DNA from: an uncultured virus (IMG/VR IMGVR_UViG_3300026522_000958)
Taxonomy: Duplodnaviria; Heunggongvirae; Uroviricota; Caudoviricetes
Virus record (IMG/VR): IMGVR_UViG_3300026522_000958
Strand: one strand, 5' to 3'
Length of the DNA stretch: 64,000 nucleotides
Below, in pieces: positions 60,558 through 64,000 of this stretch; position 1 is the stretch's first letter, and each line of letters begins with the position of its first letter. Position numbers and translations under genes: made by a program. The notes below the pieces were generated by a model. That model was not told the DNA's origin. It did not search any database and worked only from the letters and a program-made list of their open reading frames with translations.

Positions 60558-60692
60558 AACTTATCCTGATGTGTTAATGTGATTCCCAGCATGGGAAGAA
60601 AGTCGTTTTTCCATATATGAAAGAACATATATTCAAGATATGCCACGTCTTTTATAAAGGGAAGTATAAAAGACTCTGAAAGGAGAACCGCA

Positions 60693-61175
60693 ATGAAAAG
60701 GAAAGAATCTTTCCGGCTTACGGAGAAGGACAGGATAAATATAGATAAGATCATGCGATCATGTGACCACGGGTTTGTTGAATCGGTTGATGAAGCAGTG
60801 CAGGCTTTTACTCCCGCAGCATCTTTGGGCGACGAATACGAAGGCCGTAACAGAAGGCAGGCGGTATTCAGGGTAAGGATAAATTCAATAAGGGTATGCG
60901 CTGCTATCTTATTTGATAAGGCAGGGATAGACAAGGATTCTTTTTCGGAAGGCGGCTATTCAAAACTTTTATCGGAGTTGAATCTGTACTACTGTTGTGA
61001 GAAGCTTGCGGATATAGGTCTGCTCAGACGGAAAGACAGGATATCGGGAGAAAGACAGAAATATGCAATGGATAAGCTGGGGAAGGCCGCGCTGGAGCTT
61101 ATGGTAACAGGTTGGTATGACATCTCTGACATAGATCTTAAGAGAAAACCGGATGGTCAACTACCCACGGCCTAA
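60693..61175 (+). CDS. hypothetical protein; last codons (QLPTA*) come from the IS605 right end
   Basis: AAAGGAG RBS; stop inside the IS hairpin. Confidence 0.6.
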   Translation: MKRKESFRLTEKDRINIDKIMRSCDHGFVESVDEAVQAFTPAASLGDEYEGRNRRQAVFRVRINSIRVCAAILFDKAGIDKDSFSEGGYSKLLSELNLYYCCEKLADIGLLRRKDRISGERQKYAMDKLGKAALELMVTGWYDISDIDLKRKPDGQLPTA

Positions 61176-61317
61176 AGGCCGGTGGGCTTGCAACTGCCCG
61201 GTAGTGCAATAGAATTTAGTCTCCTACCTTTAACCCCAGACAATAGATGCCCGTGGCGTTGCATTAACAGGGTGGTTGACAGCACCCTACATACACAAGT
61301 TATGCTTATGTATGGCG

Positions 61318-62502
61318 TCAATCTTTATCTGACGACTGAGCCTGCGTCAGGTACTCTATTCCCATGCGGTGCAGGTTCATAGCTGCTATGCGGTCATCGT
61401 TTGATGTGTAGCCACAGTTACAGCATTTAAAGATGTGTTTGAAATGGTCTCTGTTAGCTTTTTCGACATGTCCACACTTAGGGCATGTCTGGCTGGTGTA
61501 CCTTGGATCTACCTTTATAACAGCGTCACCTTTACGGGCAGCCTTGTACATAAGTTTAGTCTCAAGATCATAGTAAGCCCAGGATACTGATATATAGCGG
61601 TCTTTGGTCTTTATGCGTTCGGTAGCCCCACGGATACCAGTAAGATCTTCCAGCACAAAGAGAGTACTATCAGCCTGCGACTCCACGAGTGCCTTAGACA
61701 GACAATGATCCACATCGTCCATCCAACGGTTTTCTCTGGAACCGATAGCTTTGAGTCTTCTTCTTGAAGATGGAGTACGACGTTTCTGAAGCTGAGCGCG
61801 TACTTCTTTATAATGGGCACGACGACGTTTAACGTCACGGCCACTGTAAAGAAAAGTCTTACCCTCTGAATTATACGCACTGGCGAGGAATCTTATGCCA
61901 CGGTCAATGCCGACTACATTTTTTACAGCGGACGGTACAGGAGAGTCTGGCACAACTTTTGTTACTGGCACATGAAGAAAAAACTTTCCATGCTTATAAA
62001 CAAGTTTTGCTGTACCGAACTTTGAACCAGGAGCAAAAGCCCAATCCATAGCGTTGCTATAAAATGATACCTTAATACGACCATTGAGTGTGTTTACAGA
62101 AAAGAGCATCTCTCCTGTGACTTTATCTTTAACAAGAGAGTAGTCCCTGTTCCACACCAATGACACCTGCGGTGTAGTAAACTTTGGTATGATTCTGGCA
62201 TTGCGCTTAGACTTTCTAAATCTGTCGGGGTGCTCTGCCTGCATGGTCTGTATAGTTTTATAAGAAGCTATAACCGTTCTTGTCACACTTACAGCCATCT
62301 GAGATGGTAAAGTAAATACACTGCGACAGGTATCGTAAGTCTCTTTCTGTACCTTGAACTGCTTCAAAGGCATCTGGTGGTCACTTACATACTTTGCTAC
62401 ATAAGAGCAGGCAAGAGAATAAGCCTTCATTGTTTTGATAAGAAGGCTCATATCACTCTCAGCCGGAAGGATATGCAGTTTTGCCGTAAGTGTTTGTTCC
62501 AT
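61318..62502 (-). CDS. tnpB: RNA-guided endonuclease TnpB
   Basis: VGIDRG, VLEDL, TSQTCPKCG...CCNCG, NDDRIAAMNL. Confidence 0.93.
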   Translation of the reverse strand: MEQTLTAKLHILPAESDMSLLIKTMKAYSLACSYVAKYVSDHQMPLKQFKVQKETYDTCRSVFTLPSQMAVSVTRTVIASYKTIQTMQAEHPDRFRKSKRNARIIPKFTTPQVSLVWNRDYSLVKDKVTGEMLFSVNTLNGRIKVSFYSNAMDWAFAPGSKFGTAKLVYKHGKFFLHVPVTKVVPDSPVPSAVKNVVGIDRGIRFLASAYNSEGKTFLYSGRDVKRRRAHYKEVRAQLQKRRTPSSRRRLKAIGSRENRWMDDVDHCLSKALVESQADSTLFVLEDLTGIRGATERIKTKDRYISVSWAYYDLETKLMYKAARKGDAVIKVDPRYTSQTCPKCGHVEKANRDHFKHIFKCCNCGYTSNDDRIAAMNLHRMGIEYLTQAQSSDKD

Positions 62503-62572
62503 AAATTGATTCCTTTCACTAAATATATCATACTATAACTGTTAGTGAGAGTCAAGCAATAAAGGATATCTT

Positions 62573-62974
62573 ATGGACCAGTATATACGACACAACAGAC
62601 ACAAGTACGATTTGGAAGTACACCTTATCTTTGCAACCAAGTATCGGAAACAAATACTCAAAGGAGCTTTGGCTGATGACATTAAACAAAAAATATATGA
62701 CATCTGCAACCGTGATGGTTATAGTATCGTAGCCATGGAAACAGACAAAGACCATATCCATATACTGTTAGGGTATGGAGTAACTGACCGTGTATGCGAT
62801 ATCGTTAAGGTACTCAAACAGGAGACTACATACTATATCTGGCAAAGATATTCTAAGTTTCTTAGACAATGCTATTGGAAAAAGAAAATCTTTTGGTCTG
62901 ATGGATACTTTGCCTGTAGTGTGGGAAAAGTCTCACGGGCGACAATAAAACATTATATCGACACACAGGGGTAG
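62573..62974 (+). CDS. tnpA: IS200-type Y1 transposase TnpA
   Basis: HLIFATKYR, DHIHIL (HUH), FWSDGYF, YIDTQ. Confidence 0.95.
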   Translation: MDQYIRHNRHKYDLEVHLIFATKYRKQILKGALADDIKQKIYDICNRDGYSIVAMETDKDHIHILLGYGVTDRVCDIVKVLKQETTYYIWQRYSKFLRQCYWKKKIFWSDGYFACSVGKVSRATIKHYIDTQG

Positions 62975-63123
62975 TCCGGTCGCTCCTCCCACCGCCTAAA
63001 GGCAGTGGGCTTCCGCTCCCTCAAAATTTGGTGAATGACCAGAAAAAACCCCGGCCACACGTCAGCCACGTCATGCGTGCTTTCGTAGTCGGGATCCCTT
63101 CTTTATATGAGCGTCTTTTGTTT

Positions 63124-63276
63124 TTACATTAAAGGTATGTCGTAGACGTCCGGCACGCCATCTGCTTCTACCGGTGAACAGATAAAATCATACAGCTCGC
63201 CAGGTGTCTTTTTCTCGGCAGTCTCAGGGTCCATGCCCATATTGCCTGCCAGCATGATCAGTTCAAATCTGCTCAT
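63124..63276 (-). CDS. small hypothetical protein
   Basis: AAAGGAG RBS before MSRFEL; preceded by the CCAAATCT/ATTCATCAC motif. Confidence 0.55.
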   Translation of the reverse strand: MSRFELIMLAGNMGMDPETAEKKTPGELYDFICSPVEADGVPDVYDIPLM

Positions 63277-63698
63277 ATAGTGCTCCTTTCTCATATTTTC
63301 TGTGATGAATGATTGGTTATTACAGATTTGGGATAACGGCGGGGATGTGGTACGGTTAGCGAGGCATTTCTGTTTGTACAAAAAAAGAGCCCGAAGGCTC
63401 TTTCTTTTTAGAATATTAAGTTTTATTATGCAGCATCTGTATCCACTCCGGTCAGGTCTTCAACAGCCTGGATCTTTCCACGGCTTATGATCTTTCCCGG
63501 AAGGGAATCCGTGTCTGCTGTAATTACGCGGTATCATAATGTACGTTTTTCGTACATTATCCATGTAACTGTAAAGGTGGTTTACACGAACAATAATGTA
63601 CGTTTTTAAGAAAACAACGGCTTTTTTGAAAAGTAGTTTACACGACTTATTTTGTACGTTTTTGTACTTTTCTCAAAAAAATTTTTTTCTGTTACCGT

Positions 63699-64000
63699 TC
63701 ACATGTCAATGCTGGTAGCGATTTCCGGGGTTGCAACATGGAGCACGCGGTCGCGTATCTCCTCCGTACGTCCCTGGTTCCAGTACTGGGATCCGATATA
63801 ACCGCATGTACGTCTTGCGACACTCATCATGTCCTGGTTACGGTTTCCACAGTTTGGACACTCCCACACAAGTTTGTGGGTCTTCTCGTCGCGGACAGTG
63901 CGGATTTCTCCATCATACCCGCACTTCATGCAGTAGTCGCTCTTTGTATTGAGTTCAGCATACATGATGTTCTCATAGATAAATTTCATTATCGAAAGAA
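63699..64000 (-). CDS. nrdD: anaerobic ribonucleoside-triphosphate reductase, C-terminal part (truncated by window edge)
   Basis: YAELNTKSDYCMKCGY...WECPNCG...RRTCGYIG glycyl-radical motif. Confidence 0.9.
   Translation of the reverse strand, partial: LSIMKFIYENIMYAELNTKSDYCMKCGYDGEIRTVRDEKTHKLVWECPNCGNRNQDMMSVARRTCGYIGSQYWNQGRTEEIRDRVLHVATPEIATSIDM

Larger units (their letters stand above)
61156..63025. mobile_element. IS200/IS605-family element with divergent tnpA and tnpB
   Basis: subterminal hairpins CCCACGGCCTAAAGGCCGGTGGG (~61164) and CCCACCGCCTAAAGGCAGTGGG (62988); right end finishes in GTTGAC on the tnpB strand; left boundary approximate. Confidence 0.88.

Noticed and set aside
1..64000. 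Prophage or jumbo phage; rRNA/tRNA genes
   Set aside because: No capsid, terminase, tail or integrase genes and no recognisable structural RNA genes in this window; a phage-plasmid cannot be excluded from outside the window.

Overview
This 64-kb window looks like part of a large low-GC Firmicutes (Clostridia/Lachnospiraceae-like) plasmid or megaplasmid. That assignment is inferred from gene content: a Rep_3-type initiator with iteron-like repeats, ParA plus a small partner flanked by AT-rich periodic repeats, a MobV-type relaxase, a VirB11/CpaF ATPase, topoisomerase III, RecJ, RuvB, Tdk, NrdD (partial), a class A PBP, a type II R-M pair and two IS200/IS605 TnpB elements. No phage structural genes, rRNA, tRNA or CRISPR array were seen. 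The main feature is a complete diversity-generating retroelement (DGR) on the minus strand: MutS-like accessory, Avd-like accessory, template repeat (TR), reverse transcriptase, then a 1711-aa surface protein. Its variable repeat (VR) lies near the N-terminus (aa ~190-234), not at the C-terminus. The VR differs from the TR at 22 adenine positions, carries two extra NNC codons in an (AAC)n tract, and lacks one C at the 3' end. A stand-alone, non-targeted paralog of the diversified domain lies ~11 kb away. The non-coding DNA carries three further patterns: >40 copies of a TTTT(C)CATATATG(G)AAAA palindrome, usually in pairs at gene starts; a bipartite CCAAATCT-N13-15-ATTCATCAC promoter-like motif; and a 26-bp-period array of TGTC-N8-GACA boxes. 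There is also an orphan omegaRNA/HEARO-like element sharing a 26-nt end hairpin with the IS605 element. All calls were made by eye; no database searches were run.
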